A stretch of DNA of 64,000 nucleotides from an uncultured Candidatus Saccharibacteria bacterium (GTDB lineage Bacteria; Patescibacteriota; Minisyncoccia; UBA6257; 1-14-0-10-40-38). The stretch covers positions 232,977 to 296,976 of the forward strand of contig CAZIWN010000001.1 in the NCBI GenBank assembly GCA_964543265.1. Direction: 5' to 3'. A program made the translations under genes and the position numbers. The notes below the pieces were generated by a model. That model did no database searches, was not told the origin of the DNA, and saw only the letters and a program-made list of their open reading frames with translations. Positions 46,389 to 56,607 of this stretch are shown one piece after another. The number at the start of each line of letters is the position of its first letter. The first letter of the stretch is position 1.

Positions 46389-47600
46389 TTATCTAATGAC
46401 TTGTATTAAATTATATATCGGAAGTAGTAGCGCCGCAAACATAAACCCAACCATTAAACCCAAAAACACCATTATAACTGGCTGTATTAATTCAGAGATA
46501 TTAGAAACTAAATTATCAACCTCTCTAGAATAGAAGGAATTTACCTTCTGAAACATTTCTTCCAATTTTCCAGTCTGCTCACCCACAGATATCATCTGCG
46601 TCACAATTGGCGGAAAATATTTAGCATAAAGCTGAAATGCTTGGCTTAATTGTTCACCCCTCCTAAGTCTTTCAACAATTTCGTGTATTACCTCTTCGTA
46701 CAACTCACTGCCAACAGTGTGACCAGCAATCTCCAAAGATTGAGTTATAGGAATTCCTCCCTTAATTAAAACGCTAGCCACTTCAGAAAATCTTGCAATG
46801 TATAATTTTCTGAAAAGATTACCAAGTCCAGGAATTGCCAAAACAATTTGATTTAAAATAGCTTTTCCCTCCCTGCTCCTGAAATAATCCAAAACAATAA
46901 TTAAAAATATTATTATAAAAACAATAATTCCAGCCCACCATTCATTAATAAAGTCTCCTAAACTTAGAAATATTCTAGTTATTAAAGGAAGCTCAAAATT
47001 AGCTTCAGTAAAAATAGGTTTTATCTGCGGAAAAACTAAACCAACCAAAACTCCTCCAACTATAAGCGATAAGCTGATTACAAAAACAGGATAAATCATA
47101 GCTGTCCTCACCTTCGAAGATAAAAGAAGCTCTTTTTCTAAATAATTAGCTAAATACTCCATCACCTCCTCTAGCCTTCCGGTAACTTCAGCAGATTGGA
47201 CCAAATTTACATAGAAATCAAAAAATATATTTCCATGTTTTTGTAAGGATTGAGAGAAAGAAAGTCCAGAACTTATATCCTGAGAAATTTCATATAAAGC
47301 CTCCTTTAAAACAGAATTAGTTGTTTGATAATAAAGAGAATTTAAAGAGTCTGTTAGTGATATTTTCGCGCCCAACATCGCGGCAAATTGTCTAGTAAAT
47401 ATCGCTAAATCTTTAGATTTAACCCTTTTCCAAAAAAGAAAAATTTCGTTATACCATTTAGGCTCCGAATATTTATCTATGCTTAAAATAAAAAGATCAT
47501 GAGAAATTAAGACACTAGTCGCAGTATCTTTATCCACAGCCTCAACATTACCCACCTGAAGCTCTCCAGTTTTTGTTCTTGCGCTGTATCTAAATTTCAT
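46389..47600 (-). CDS. pilC: type IV pilus assembly platform protein PilC (GspF family)
   Basis: Duplicated GspF domains. 403 aa. Three TM segments. Confidence 0.85.
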   Translation of the reverse strand: MKFRYSARTKTGELQVGNVEAVDKDTATSVLISHDLFILSIDKYSEPKWYNEIFLFWKRVKSKDLAIFTRQFAAMLGAKISLTDSLNSLYYQTTNSVLKEALYEISQDISSGLSFSQSLQKHGNIFFDFYVNLVQSAEVTGRLEEVMEYLANYLEKELLLSSKVRTAMIYPVFVISLSLIVGGVLVGLVFPQIKPIFTEANFELPLITRIFLSLGDFINEWWAGIIVFIIIFLIIVLDYFRSREGKAILNQIVLAIPGLGNLFRKLYIARFSEVASVLIKGGIPITQSLEIAGHTVGSELYEEVIHEIVERLRRGEQLSQAFQLYAKYFPPIVTQMISVGEQTGKLEEMFQKVNSFYSREVDNLVSNISELIQPVIMVFLGLMVGFMFAALLLPIYNLIQVIR

Positions 47601-47620
47601 AATTCCTATTTTTTATTTCT

Positions 47621-48694
47621 CTACATTCTCTCTAATAAAATTCTTAATTCTGATTGATTTAAAGAATAAAGCTCAGCAACCTCTGGAGAAATTATCCTCT
47701 GCCTTACTAAATTAGCAAGAGATCTATTTAAAGTAATCATTCCTTCCTGCATGTTTGTCTCTATTACCAAATCTATCTGATAAGCCTTTCTCTCTCTAAT
47801 TAAGTTTCTTATAGCAGAATTCACAAACATTATTTCGCAAACAGGTATACGCCCTCCTCCAACCTTAGGAAGAAGTCTTTGAGAAACTATAGCCACAAGA
47901 GTTGCAGCAAGCTGAGAAGTAACTTGACCCTGTTGCTCGGCAGGAAAACTGTCTATTATTCTGTCTATTGTCTGAGCAGCTGAATTTGTATGAAGAGTGG
48001 AAAAAACTAAGTGTCCAGTTTCAGCAGCTGTCATGGCTGTAGAAATTGATATAACGTCTCTCATTTCTCCTATCATAACAACGTCTGGGTCCTGTCTTAA
48101 AAGAGATTTAAGTGCGTGATGAAAGCTAATAGTATCTGTCCTCACCTCTCTTTGTGAAATAATTGACCTGTCCTGTGCAAAAAGATATTCGATAGGATCC
48201 TCAATTGTAACAATATGTTCAGTTCTCGTATGATTAACTTCATCAACTAGGGCCGCCAAACTAGTAGATTTTCCATGACCAGCGGGACCCACAAAGAGAA
48301 CAAATCCTTGAGATAGTTTAGTTAAGTCATGAAGTACTGGAGGTAATCCCAATTGCTCAATAGTTTTAACCTTACTAGGAATAAGCCTTAAAGCAGCAGC
48401 CATATAACCTCTTTGAAAAAAAACATTTACCCTAAACCTAGCCTTATCTTCATAAGAATATGAAAAGTCCAATTCGCGCCTAGCTGCAAATTCTTGACTC
48501 TGAGAATCAGTTAGAAGAGACGTCACCAACCCTTCCGCAATTTCCGGAGAAACTATCGGCTCAGCATCAACGGGAACCAACACTCCATCAATTCTCAAGC
48601 TTGGCTTTTTACCAACACCTATATGAATATCTGAAGCATTTTGCTTAACCGCCAAAAGCATCAAACTCTCTAACCTATCTTTATAGTCAGTCAT
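47621..48694 (-). CDS. pilT: twitching-motility retraction ATPase PilT
   Basis: Walker A GPAGHGKST, Asp box, Walker B DPDVVMIGEMRD, His box. 357 aa. Confidence 0.85.
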   Translation of the reverse strand: MTDYKDRLESLMLLAVKQNASDIHIGVGKKPSLRIDGVLVPVDAEPIVSPEIAEGLVTSLLTDSQSQEFAARRELDFSYSYEDKARFRVNVFFQRGYMAAALRLIPSKVKTIEQLGLPPVLHDLTKLSQGFVLFVGPAGHGKSTSLAALVDEVNHTRTEHIVTIEDPIEYLFAQDRSIISQREVRTDTISFHHALKSLLRQDPDVVMIGEMRDVISISTAMTAAETGHLVFSTLHTNSAAQTIDRIIDSFPAEQQGQVTSQLAATLVAIVSQRLLPKVGGGRIPVCEIMFVNSAIRNLIRERKAYQIDLVIETNMQEGMITLNRSLANLVRQRIISPEVAELYSLNQSELRILLERM

Positions 48695-48790
48695 ATTTGT
48701 TTATTTATAAATTATAACTTATTTAGTAATCCCCTGCGAAGTGTAAAAATATATAAAATCTATTTAAGAAAATTATAAAAATTAAGAAAG

Positions 48791-48855
48791 TGCGCAGAGC
48801 GACGACGAAGTTGCATTAAAGCTGTGCGGATACTGCGAGGAGAAACGACAAAGCA
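48791..48855 (+). repeat. intergenic structured repeat, copy 11 (short subfamily)
   Basis: tgcGCAGAGCGACGACGAAGTTGCATTAAAGCTGTGCGGATACTGCGAGGAGAAACGACAAAGCA. Confidence 0.8.
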
Positions 48856-48875
48856 ATTTCTTCATTTTTATAATT

Positions 48876-50615
48876 TTAAACCACTTCCGTTTCGCTAATT
48901 ACATCCTCTATCGAAACAAGTCCCTGCAAAGCTTTTATAATTCCGTCTTGCCTCAATGAGACCATTCCTTGTCTTTCAGCTTCCTTAGAAATATCATTCT
49001 CTGAAAAATTCTTTCCGGCCAAAATCTGAGACAATTCTTTTGTCATCTCAAAAACTTCAAAAATAGCCACACGACCAACTATTCCCTTATTTTTACAAAC
49101 CTTACAACCATTAGCTTTATACACCTTAAACGGTTCTTTTATCTGAAACTTGCTCTGTATGGAAGATAATTCTTTCTTTATAACATTTAAAATCTCTGGT
49201 GATGGATCGTGCGACGTCTTACAGTTATCGCACAATTTAGAAATCAATCTTTGTCCCGCCATAGCAGAAATCGCGGAAGGTAAAAGATATCCAGAAACAC
49301 CCAAATCTATTAATCTAGGAATAACTCCGACAGCATTATTTGTGTGTAAAGTTGAAAGCAGTATGTGACCAGTTAAAGCAGCATTAACGGCCAAATCTGC
49401 AGTTTCTTTATCGCGAATTTCTCCAACCATTAAAATATCCGGATCTTGTCTTAATATTTCTCTAAGTCCTGACGCAAAGCTATATCCTATCTCTGGCTTA
49501 ATTTGAGATTGATTAATGCCCTCAATCGTATATTCAACAGGATCTTCCAAACTCATAACATTAACATTTTCCTTATTTAAAATTTTCATCAGAGCATACA
49601 AAGTGGTTGTTTTTCCTGATCCAGTTGGACCAGTTAGAAGAACCATACCATAAGCCCTCTCTATAGCCCTTCTTAGAATTTCCGAGCTTTGTCCAACAAT
49701 ACCCAAATCCTCAAGATTTTTTAAGCCAGTAGCGCTATCCAAAACCCTCAAAGCAACCTTTTCGCCATTAGGTGTTGGGAAAGTTGAAACCCTGAAATCT
49801 ATTTCCTTTTCAAAAATCATCGTCCTAAATCTTCCATCTTGGGGAATCCTGGTTTCATCCAGCTTCAAACTAGAAAGAATTTTTACACGAGAAACTATGG
49901 CCTGAGATAATTCTGGAGGAAAAGAAGTGTATTCTTCTAAATTTCCATTTAATCTAAATCTAACCCTAGTCTTTAGTCTTCCCGGCTCTATATGAATATC
50001 AGATGCTTTAGCCCCCACAGCCTCTTTCAAAAGACCAGAAACTATTCTTATTATGGGAGCGCCAATTTCTTTATTTGAAGAACTGGCTTCATCTAGCTTA
50101 ATAATTTTTTGAAACGATTTAAATTCGTCAGCTCCTTTTTCCGATTTTAAAAAACTTAAAGCTTCCTTTATCTCATCCGATATTGGATTATATTTATTAA
50201 TTACCGCATAAACATCAGAAGGAGTAACTATATAAACACCAAGGTTAACCTTTTCTCTTGAAGCTAAAAATTTTAAAGCCTGCTGGGCTTGTGTATCGTC
50301 TGGATTCACCATTCCAACCACAATCATATCCTGAGTTCTACTCATAGGAGTCATCTTAAAACTCCTAGCATTATCAAAAGGAATTAACTTAACTAAATCT
50401 TCTGATATAGAAGCAACATCTATTTTTTTAAAAGGTATTTTTAAGATTCTTGATTTTATCTTAGCAACATCATCTTCGGAAACTAAATTATCAGAATAAA
50501 TAACCTCTTCAGCAGTTTTTTTTACAGAATCAGCCTCTCTTAAAACCCTAGACCCATCTTCTTGTGTTAAAAGACCTTCTGTTACTAAGGCAGAAATTAA
50601 ATCCTGGTTTTTCAT
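48876..50615 (-). CDS. pilB: type IV pilus assembly ATPase PilB (GspE family)
   Basis: N-terminal GspII domain. Walker A GPTGSGKTT. Tetracysteine CDNC...CKVC. 579 aa. Confidence 0.85.
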   Translation of the reverse strand: MKNQDLISALVTEGLLTQEDGSRVLREADSVKKTAEEVIYSDNLVSEDDVAKIKSRILKIPFKKIDVASISEDLVKLIPFDNARSFKMTPMSRTQDMIVVGMVNPDDTQAQQALKFLASREKVNLGVYIVTPSDVYAVINKYNPISDEIKEALSFLKSEKGADEFKSFQKIIKLDEASSSNKEIGAPIIRIVSGLLKEAVGAKASDIHIEPGRLKTRVRFRLNGNLEEYTSFPPELSQAIVSRVKILSSLKLDETRIPQDGRFRTMIFEKEIDFRVSTFPTPNGEKVALRVLDSATGLKNLEDLGIVGQSSEILRRAIERAYGMVLLTGPTGSGKTTTLYALMKILNKENVNVMSLEDPVEYTIEGINQSQIKPEIGYSFASGLREILRQDPDILMVGEIRDKETADLAVNAALTGHILLSTLHTNNAVGVIPRLIDLGVSGYLLPSAISAMAGQRLISKLCDNCKTSHDPSPEILNVIKKELSSIQSKFQIKEPFKVYKANGCKVCKNKGIVGRVAIFEVFEMTKELSQILAGKNFSENDISKEAERQGMVSLRQDGIIKALQGLVSIEDVISETEVV

Positions 50616-50621
50616 TTTTAT

Positions 50622-50915
50622 CTAAAAAGGAACAAATGGATTTTCTCGACCATTAACACCGAACCCAGGTTTTGGAGCAAAACTTCTTAATTTTTCCAAA
50701 TCTTTATTTTTAAAAACAGCGCTCGGATCTATATATTGAGAATTAGCAATAATCTCAGCCTCTTTTAAACCAACCGGTAAAATTACTTCAAATTTAGGAG
50801 TGTCGGAAAAAAACAAATAATAAGCAGCCACTACAAAAAAACCGATTATAAAAAGAACAGTTGTCCACCTCACCCAATTTATTTTAGCTTGCTTAGGTTC
50901 AAATATTATTGCCAT
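50622..50915 (-). CDS. small bitopic protein in the pilus locus
   Basis: 97 aa with one TM helix. Function unknown. Confidence 0.3.
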   Translation of the reverse strand: MAIIFEPKQAKINWVRWTTVLFIIGFFVVAAYYLFFSDTPKFEVILPVGLKEAEIIANSQYIDPSAVFKNKDLEKLRSFAPKPGFGVNGRENPFVPF

Positions 50916-50920
50916 AAATT

Positions 50921-51475
50921 TTATTCAGTATAATAAGTATTTAATACGACCGAGTAAGAATTATTACCCTTATCATCTGGAATAATATTCATAGAAACAA
51001 TGTCCATAATTCTCATATTTTTTTCCACGTCAGTTATAAATGTCTTGAATTTTTCATAAGGACCCTTTAATTGCAATTTAACTTGCAAAACTGAATTTTG
51101 AGTAAAGTCTCTGCCTTTAGCAGACTTATTTGGAAGAAGATTAAAATCTAAAGAAACTAAAAGTATTCCATCAATTTTAGAAATTGCATTTATTTGATAC
51201 AAAAAAGATTCATACTCAGGATCTTTCGGAACTATATTTAAAGCATTTTTTTCAAGATTAGCTAATTGGTCCTGATAATTAGAAAGCACATCCTTAACTT
51301 TTGCCACAACACTTTCTTGGTTTGCTATTGTAGATTTATTCGCAGAATATTCCCCTCTTAAAACCGATACCTGGCTATAAGCTGGTCTTAAAAAGAACAA
51401 AAACAAAATAATGGAACCAAATAAAAGCCCCAGACTTAAAACCAAACTTATAAATCTTTTAGATGATCCTTTCAT
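50921..51475 (-). CDS. PilO-like pilus assembly protein
   Basis: Single N-terminal TM, coiled-coil, periplasmic domain. Position after pilN. Confidence 0.5.
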   Translation of the reverse strand: MKGSSKRFISLVLSLGLLFGSIILFLFFLRPAYSQVSVLRGEYSANKSTIANQESVVAKVKDVLSNYQDQLANLEKNALNIVPKDPEYESFLYQINAISKIDGILLVSLDFNLLPNKSAKGRDFTQNSVLQVKLQLKGPYEKFKTFITDVEKNMRIMDIVSMNIIPDDKGNNSYSVVLNTYYTE

Positions 51476-52017
51476 TTTTGAGATTTTAAGAAGTTATTAT
51501 TAAAATAAACACTTAGATCAAATTCCACCTTTCCACCCTCAATTAATCTCGCATTAGTTGTCTGATATTTAGAAACATAATCCAAACTATTTATTAACGA
51601 AATCTGATAGGACAAAATATCGTAATCACGAGCAATTCCTCTTAAGTTAAGCTTTGCTCCCTGAACATCAAAATCAAAACTTTTCCAAAAAATAGACTTG
51701 TTTGTATTAAACTGTAAAAAATCAAAAACTCTAGAGGCAACAAGTCTAGAATTTAATAATCTATCTATAGAAACTAGTTCCCTCTCAAAGCTTTGAAACC
51801 TATCCTGATCCTCTCGTGAAATTTCATTAGCCAACGAATTTAAACTATCTTTAGTTTCCGCAATTCTTTTTTCTAAAAGAGGAACATATCCAAAACTCAA
51901 ACCCAAATAAGAAATTAAAATTAAAGAAAAAATTACCACTAAAAAACTCAAAAGTTTAGAAGCTCCCTCAGGCCTCAACTCATCCTTAAATTGTGGATTT
52001 TTATTAAAATCTGCCAT
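51472..52017 (-). CDS. PilN-like pilus assembly protein
   Basis: Short cytoplasmic N-terminus, TM helix, coiled-coil. Overlaps pilO by 4 nt. Confidence 0.5.
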   Translation of the reverse strand: MADFNKNPQFKDELRPEGASKLLSFLVVIFSLILISYLGLSFGYVPLLEKRIAETKDSLNSLANEISREDQDRFQSFERELVSIDRLLNSRLVASRVFDFLQFNTNKSIFWKSFDFDVQGAKLNLRGIARDYDILSYQISLINSLDYVSKYQTTNARLIEGGKVEFDLSVYFNNNFLKSQK

Positions 52018-52061
52018 TTTTTATACAAATTTCTCTACAAAATCTTGAAAGATAAAGTAAT

Positions 52062-52127
52062 TACAAGGAGCTCTGACGAAGCCGTATTAAAGCCAAGCAC
52101 ATACGGCAAGAAAGAATCGATGCAGTA
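52062..52127 (+). repeat. intergenic structured repeat, copy 12 (short subfamily, perfect internal stem gccgtat/atacggc)
   Basis: tacAAGGAGCTCTGACGAAGCCGTATTAAAGCCAAGCACATACGGCAAGAAAGAATCGATGCAGTA. Confidence 0.8.
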
Positions 52128-52148
52128 ATTGGCTAGTTTGCAAATATT

Positions 52149-53222
52149 TTAAACGTAAGCCTTGATGGCTGCGCCAATCGCTACTCCCAAATTAACCCCC
52201 ATCCCCTTCAAAACATTTTCCAAGATTTTGTCGTAATTCAAATCCTTAAATGGATCTGCCTTAACAACTTTCACGCCCAATTTGCTTTCAAAATAAGATT
52301 CTATTCCAAACAAATTAGAGCTTCCTCCAGACAAAATCGCCAAGCTGACCTTCTCTCCATAATTAGACTCAAAATTTGAGACAAGACGCTTCGCCTCATA
52401 AAGTATAACATCTAAGACAGGTGTAATTAGTGTGGATAACTCGTGCTCTCCAGACGAACCATAAAGACCTCTTTCTTTTTTAAAGTCTTCTGATCTTCTT
52501 GGGTGAATATTTAATCCATTTGATATAGTTTGAGTAATCGAACTGCCGGCAAAATCGGTCTGACCTAAAGATTTTAAAAGCCCGTTATTTGAGATTGCAA
52601 TCGCGCTAGACCTAGCCCCTATATCAATAATTAATTGATTTTCAGAAACACCCCTGGTTAACGCTCTAGCTAGGCTTATTCCTTCAACCTCCAAAGAAAC
52701 TAATTTTAAGCCAGCGTAAGCAAATATGCTTTGATATTTTGATATCAAATCTTTTGGAACAGCTACCAAAAGAACCTGATTCTTTTTTAATCCAGACTCA
52801 TCAACTCGCTCCCCAACCTTCATCCAATCTAAAGCAATGGTATTGAGCGGCAACGGTATATATTGCTGCGCCTGTAAATCTATAAATTTTTTAATTTCAG
52901 AATCTGTCATCGCCGGCACTTCAGCTAAAGTTGTAAAAACAGAAAAAGCAGAAATAGAAGCATTAGCTTCTTTTGTTTTAAAGCCGGCTTTTTGAACTAA
53001 AAGTTTTAACATCGGACCGACAACCTCTTCAGAAATCTTTAAACTGCTTGTTTGAAATGCTTCATTAAATCTTTCTAAATAAGAATAAATATCAAGCACT
53101 CCATAATTTCCCAAAGTTAGCGTATTTCCAGATCTTAAAACTTCAGCGATTTTTATTGACGTAGTTCCTATATCAACCCCCAAAAAAGAATTACCCTTTA
53201 ATATTGAGCTAAAAAGAGACAT
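52149..53222 (-). CDS. pilM: type IV pilus assembly ATPase-fold protein PilM
   Basis: Actin-like fold start FLGVDIGTTSIKIAEV. Start trimmed to MSLFSSIL, which removes the overlap with comFC. Confidence 0.8.
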   Translation of the reverse strand: MSLFSSILKGNSFLGVDIGTTSIKIAEVLRSGNTLTLGNYGVLDIYSYLERFNEAFQTSSLKISEEVVGPMLKLLVQKAGFKTKEANASISAFSVFTTLAEVPAMTDSEIKKFIDLQAQQYIPLPLNTIALDWMKVGERVDESGLKKNQVLLVAVPKDLISKYQSIFAYAGLKLVSLEVEGISLARALTRGVSENQLIIDIGARSSAIAISNNGLLKSLGQTDFAGSSITQTISNGLNIHPRRSEDFKKERGLYGSSGEHELSTLITPVLDVILYEAKRLVSNFESNYGEKVSLAILSGGSSNLFGIESYFESKLGVKVVKADPFKDLNYDKILENVLKGMGVNLGVAIGAAIKAYV

Positions 53223-53262
53223 ATTTGATTGTTTGTAATAAAATTGTAACATAAAAAATGAG

Positions 53263-53979
53263 ATGAAAAAAATTCTCATCTGCATAAAAACATTAATCAT
53301 CGATTGTCTTTTTCCCAACATCTGCGGTTTTTGCGAAAAAAATCTAGAAAAAAAGACTGAGATAAACGGTTTATGCGATAATTGTTTTCATAAAATTGAA
53401 ATCTATGATTTTTTCTCTTGCGGGAAATGCTTCGCTCGCTTACCAAATAATAAAAAAATCTGTCACCAGGAATTGAAATATATTTTAGGTAGCGCTTCAA
53501 CTTTTAAAAACGAAATAATTCAAAAATTAATAAAAGGGCTCAAATATGAAAGGCGTCAAAATTTGAGCCTACCAGCATCTCAAATAATTAAATTATTTAT
53601 CCAAAAAACAAACTTTAATTTCAAGGATTATTTAATAATTCCAATACCAATTCATAAATCAAAAGAAAAAATAAGAGGATTTAATCACGCAGAATTAATC
53701 GGAGAGCATCTCTCAAAATCAAACGACCTAAGAATGATAAAAAATTGCCTGATAAAATCAAAAAACACCAAATCCCAAACCGAAACAGAAAATCATGAAG
53801 AAAGATTTAAAAATATAAAAGATAGTTTCTTGATTAAAAATCCCGAATTAATAAAAAACCAAAACATAATCCTACTAGACGATGTCTCAACCAGTGGCGC
53901 AACCCTAAGTGAAGCCAGTGAAATCTTAAAAAAATCCGGAGCCAAAAATATAATTGCCCTAGTCCTAGCAAAAGCATAA
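53263..53979 (+). CDS. comFC: competence protein ComFC (phosphoribosyltransferase-type)
   Basis: N-terminal C4 zinc finger CGFC..CDNC..CGKC. PRTase motif IILLDDVSTSGATL. Confidence 0.8.
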   Translation: MKKILICIKTLIIDCLFPNICGFCEKNLEKKTEINGLCDNCFHKIEIYDFFSCGKCFARLPNNKKICHQELKYILGSASTFKNEIIQKLIKGLKYERRQNLSLPASQIIKLFIQKTNFNFKDYLIIPIPIHKSKEKIRGFNHAELIGEHLSKSNDLRMIKNCLIKSKNTKSQTETENHEERFKNIKDSFLIKNPELIKNQNIILLDDVSTSGATLSEASEILKKSGAKNIIALVLAKA

Positions 53980-54018
53980 AAACCACATAGGATTTATAAT
54001 TTAAATAAATTTAAAAAA

Positions 54019-54094
54019 TACGAGGAGTTTCGACGAAGGTGTATGTAAGCCACGCGAATACTCCGAGGAGAAAACGACAAAGTATTTTTTAAAT
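54019..54094 (+). repeat. intergenic structured repeat, copy 13 (short subfamily)
   Basis: tacGAGGAGTTTCGACGAAGGTGTATGTAAGCCACGCGAATACTCCGAGGAGAAAACGACAAAGTA. Perfect 16-bp inverted flanks aaataaatttaaaaaa / ttttttaaatttattt. Confidence 0.85.
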
Positions 54095-54103
54095 TTATTT
54101 AAA

Positions 54104-55300
54104 TTAATACCCTTCTTGTTTTTCTGCGTCTATAACATATTGCCCAACATCCACAACTTGCGCCTTAGTTACTTTTTTCAAAGATTTTGAAGAAATTCCA
54201 TTACCATCAACATCAACAGTAATCAATCCAGAAACTCCAGACCAATTAGTTAAAGACTTCATCCATTCAGAAATATTTTTTATATTAACTTCTCCCCCAT
54301 GATAATTTGCGGAAAAAGCATCCTTAATCACAAAAAGAGCATCATAAGCATAAAAAGCCATTCCTATCGGATATTCTCCATAAACAGCCTTATATTCTTC
54401 TCTAAAATTTTGAGCTGCTAAATTATTCTTCCAATCTATATCAGTTGATATAGCTAAAGATCCCTCAAACGTTTTTGGATTCTTTGAGATGTTTTCGCTA
54501 TCAAAAATAGAAATTGGCGAAGCAAAATATGCATTAATTCCTTTTTCTCTTATTTTCTTTAAAATTTCAAAGCTATTATCTTTTGAATCCACGGCGACAT
54601 AAACAGCTTCCGGTTTTATAGTCTTAATTTCATCTATAATTTCCTGCGTGTCTTTTGAAAAATCAACCGCAGAATCTAAAACAACTTCACCGTCCGATTC
54701 TGAAAAATATTTTCTAAAACTATCAGATGATGCTTCTCCAAATTTAGTTTTATCGTGAAGTATCGCAGATTTACTAACTTTAAGATCGTTTATAAAATAA
54801 TTTGCCAAAAAAGAACCTTCAAAAAAGTCTGGCGAAGTTACAGAATAAGCAGACTCACCAGCCCCAGATACTCCATAATCAAGACCAGAATAAGAAACCA
54901 TAATTCCGCCATAATTTTTTACAACTCCAGAGATAGAAGCCACCTCTTCCTTGCACGATCCGGCAATTATAATTTTTATTCCCAAATCTATTAATTTTTT
55001 AGCAGACTCTCCGCTTTTTTTAGAATCACAACCTCCATCCTCAAAAACTACGCTTATCTTCCTTCCATCCACGCCTCCGACATCATTAATTTTTTTCTGC
55101 CCAAGCTCCAATGCCCCCTTAACAGCCAAAACTTCAACAGAGTCATTATCCATAGGCAAAATAGCCCCAATCTTTATTTCAGACTGAGAATCGGAAGAAT
55201 AATTAGGAAATATAGCAAAACCACCAATTGCAAAAACGGCTATCAAAAAAACAAAAGTTATAATCCTTATCATTAGCTTAAATAGTATATAATTAAACAA
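54104..55300 (-). CDS. ABC transporter substrate-binding protein, type-1 PBP (Leu/Ile/Val-binding family)
   Basis: Signal/TM anchor. IKIGAILPM..G..A..GA.LA periplasmic binding fold. Confidence 0.65.
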   Translation of the reverse strand: MFNYILFKLMIRIITFVFLIAVFAIGGFAIFPNYSSDSQSEIKIGAILPMDNDSVEVLAVKGALELGQKKINDVGGVDGRKISVVFEDGGCDSKKSGESAKKLIDLGIKIIIAGSCKEEVASISGVVKNYGGIMVSYSGLDYGVSGAGESAYSVTSPDFFEGSFLANYFINDLKVSKSAILHDKTKFGEASSDSFRKYFSESDGEVVLDSAVDFSKDTQEIIDEIKTIKPEAVYVAVDSKDNSFEILKKIREKGINAYFASPISIFDSENISKNPKTFEGSLAISTDIDWKNNLAAQNFREEYKAVYGEYPIGMAFYAYDALFVIKDAFSANYHGGEVNIKNISEWMKSLTNWSGVSGLITVDVDGNGISSKSLKKVTKAQVVDVGQYVIDAEKQEGY

Positions 55301-55397
55301 TCGCCATTAATTTCAATCAATCTTATTTCCAATATATATTAAAAGAGCAGTCAAATCAATTTAATCGTCACAAAAGCATTTAAAATACGTTACCTAA

Positions 55398-55952
55398 ATG
55401 GAATTGAAAAATAACAACATAGAAGAATTAATGAATTTGGCAGTATCTGGAGATAATGACGCTTTTAAAGAAATTTACAATAACTTCTTTACCCCAGTAT
55501 ACAAATACGTCTTAACCAGAACATTAAGAGACGATTTAGCCAAAGACATATCTCAGACGGTTTTTTTAAAAAGCTTTGAGAATATAAAAAGATATAAATA
55601 TCAAGGCAAATCACCGCTAGCCTATTTTTTTACCATAGCCAAGAACGAAATAGTGAACGAGTGGCGAAAAAATAATAAAATCCATCAACAACCTATAGAA
55701 GAATTAGAAGAAAAGATTAAATCAGATTATCGCATTGAAACGGTGGCAGAAAATAATTTAAATTTAGATAAATTAAAATCAGCTATCGCCCACCTAACAG
55801 AAGAACAGCAAGAATTAATATCATTAAAGTTTATAAGCGGACTAGAAAATTCAGAAATCAGCGAAATAATGAATAAATCAGAAGAAGCAATTAGACAAAT
55901 GCAGTTTAGAGCCCTAAAAGCCATTAAAGAGAAAATTAAAAGAAATGAATAA
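55398..55952 (+). CDS. ECF-type RNA polymerase sigma factor
   Basis: Region 2 (YNNFFTPVYKYV) and region 4 HTH (LISLKFISGLENSEISEIMNKSEEAIRQ). Confidence 0.8.
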   Translation: MELKNNNIEELMNLAVSGDNDAFKEIYNNFFTPVYKYVLTRTLRDDLAKDISQTVFLKSFENIKRYKYQGKSPLAYFFTIAKNEIVNEWRKNNKIHQQPIEELEEKIKSDYRIETVAENNLNLDKLKSAIAHLTEEQQELISLKFISGLENSEISEIMNKSEEAIRQMQFRALKAIKEKIKRNE

Positions 55953-56571
55953 AGATATTAAAAAAGAAGATTTATTGGAAAAGATAATTAAAGACATAAA
56001 ATCAGACAAATTAAGTCCTGATAGTTTTTCCAATGACCAAGAATTGAAAGAACTGTCTAATATTGCCAAATCTCTTTTCGATAATTCAAAAAAAATAACA
56101 CCACCAGAATCTTATTTAAAATCAGCAATCTCAAATATTGGGAATAACGTCACGGAAGTAAATCGTGAACGTTATCAAAATAGAGGGTTTAAGGGTCGGT
56201 CCTCTAATCTCAGTAATTGGGATTTAATACTAAATTTCATGAATAAAACAAAAGTATTGATTCCTGCAGGACTTGTAATATTAGTCCTCGTCATAACAGG
56301 AATAAAGGTAAAAGGTTCCCAAGATATATCAGTTTTAAACAAAGAATTCGAAAGCATAGAAAGTTTAGATTCGGAATTTTCAAATGTCATTGATCAAGAA
56401 ATCGATAATAGCGACATCTCGACATATCTAAGCTCAAATTCTTCACCAGCAGACTATTCAGAAGAAATTAAAATTGAGGATGATTCTGCGGAAATAAATT
56501 CTTTAGAATCAAGCTTCAATTCATTAATAGATGATGAAAATCAGACAAACTCAATATCGTCATCATTCTAA
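55945..56571 (+). CDS. putative anti-sigma factor (bitopic membrane protein)
   Basis: Overlaps the sigma gene stop. Central TM VLIPAGLVILVLVITGI. Confidence 0.4.
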   Translation: MNKDIKKEDLLEKIIKDIKSDKLSPDSFSNDQELKELSNIAKSLFDNSKKITPPESYLKSAISNIGNNVTEVNRERYQNRGFKGRSSNLSNWDLILNFMNKTKVLIPAGLVILVLVITGIKVKGSQDISVLNKEFESIESLDSEFSNVIDQEIDNSDISTYLSSNSSPADYSEEIKIEDDSAEINSLESSFNSLIDDENQTNSISSSF

Positions 56572-56607
56572 AAAACAGTCGAAGAACGAAAACAATAAAT
56601 TAAAAAA

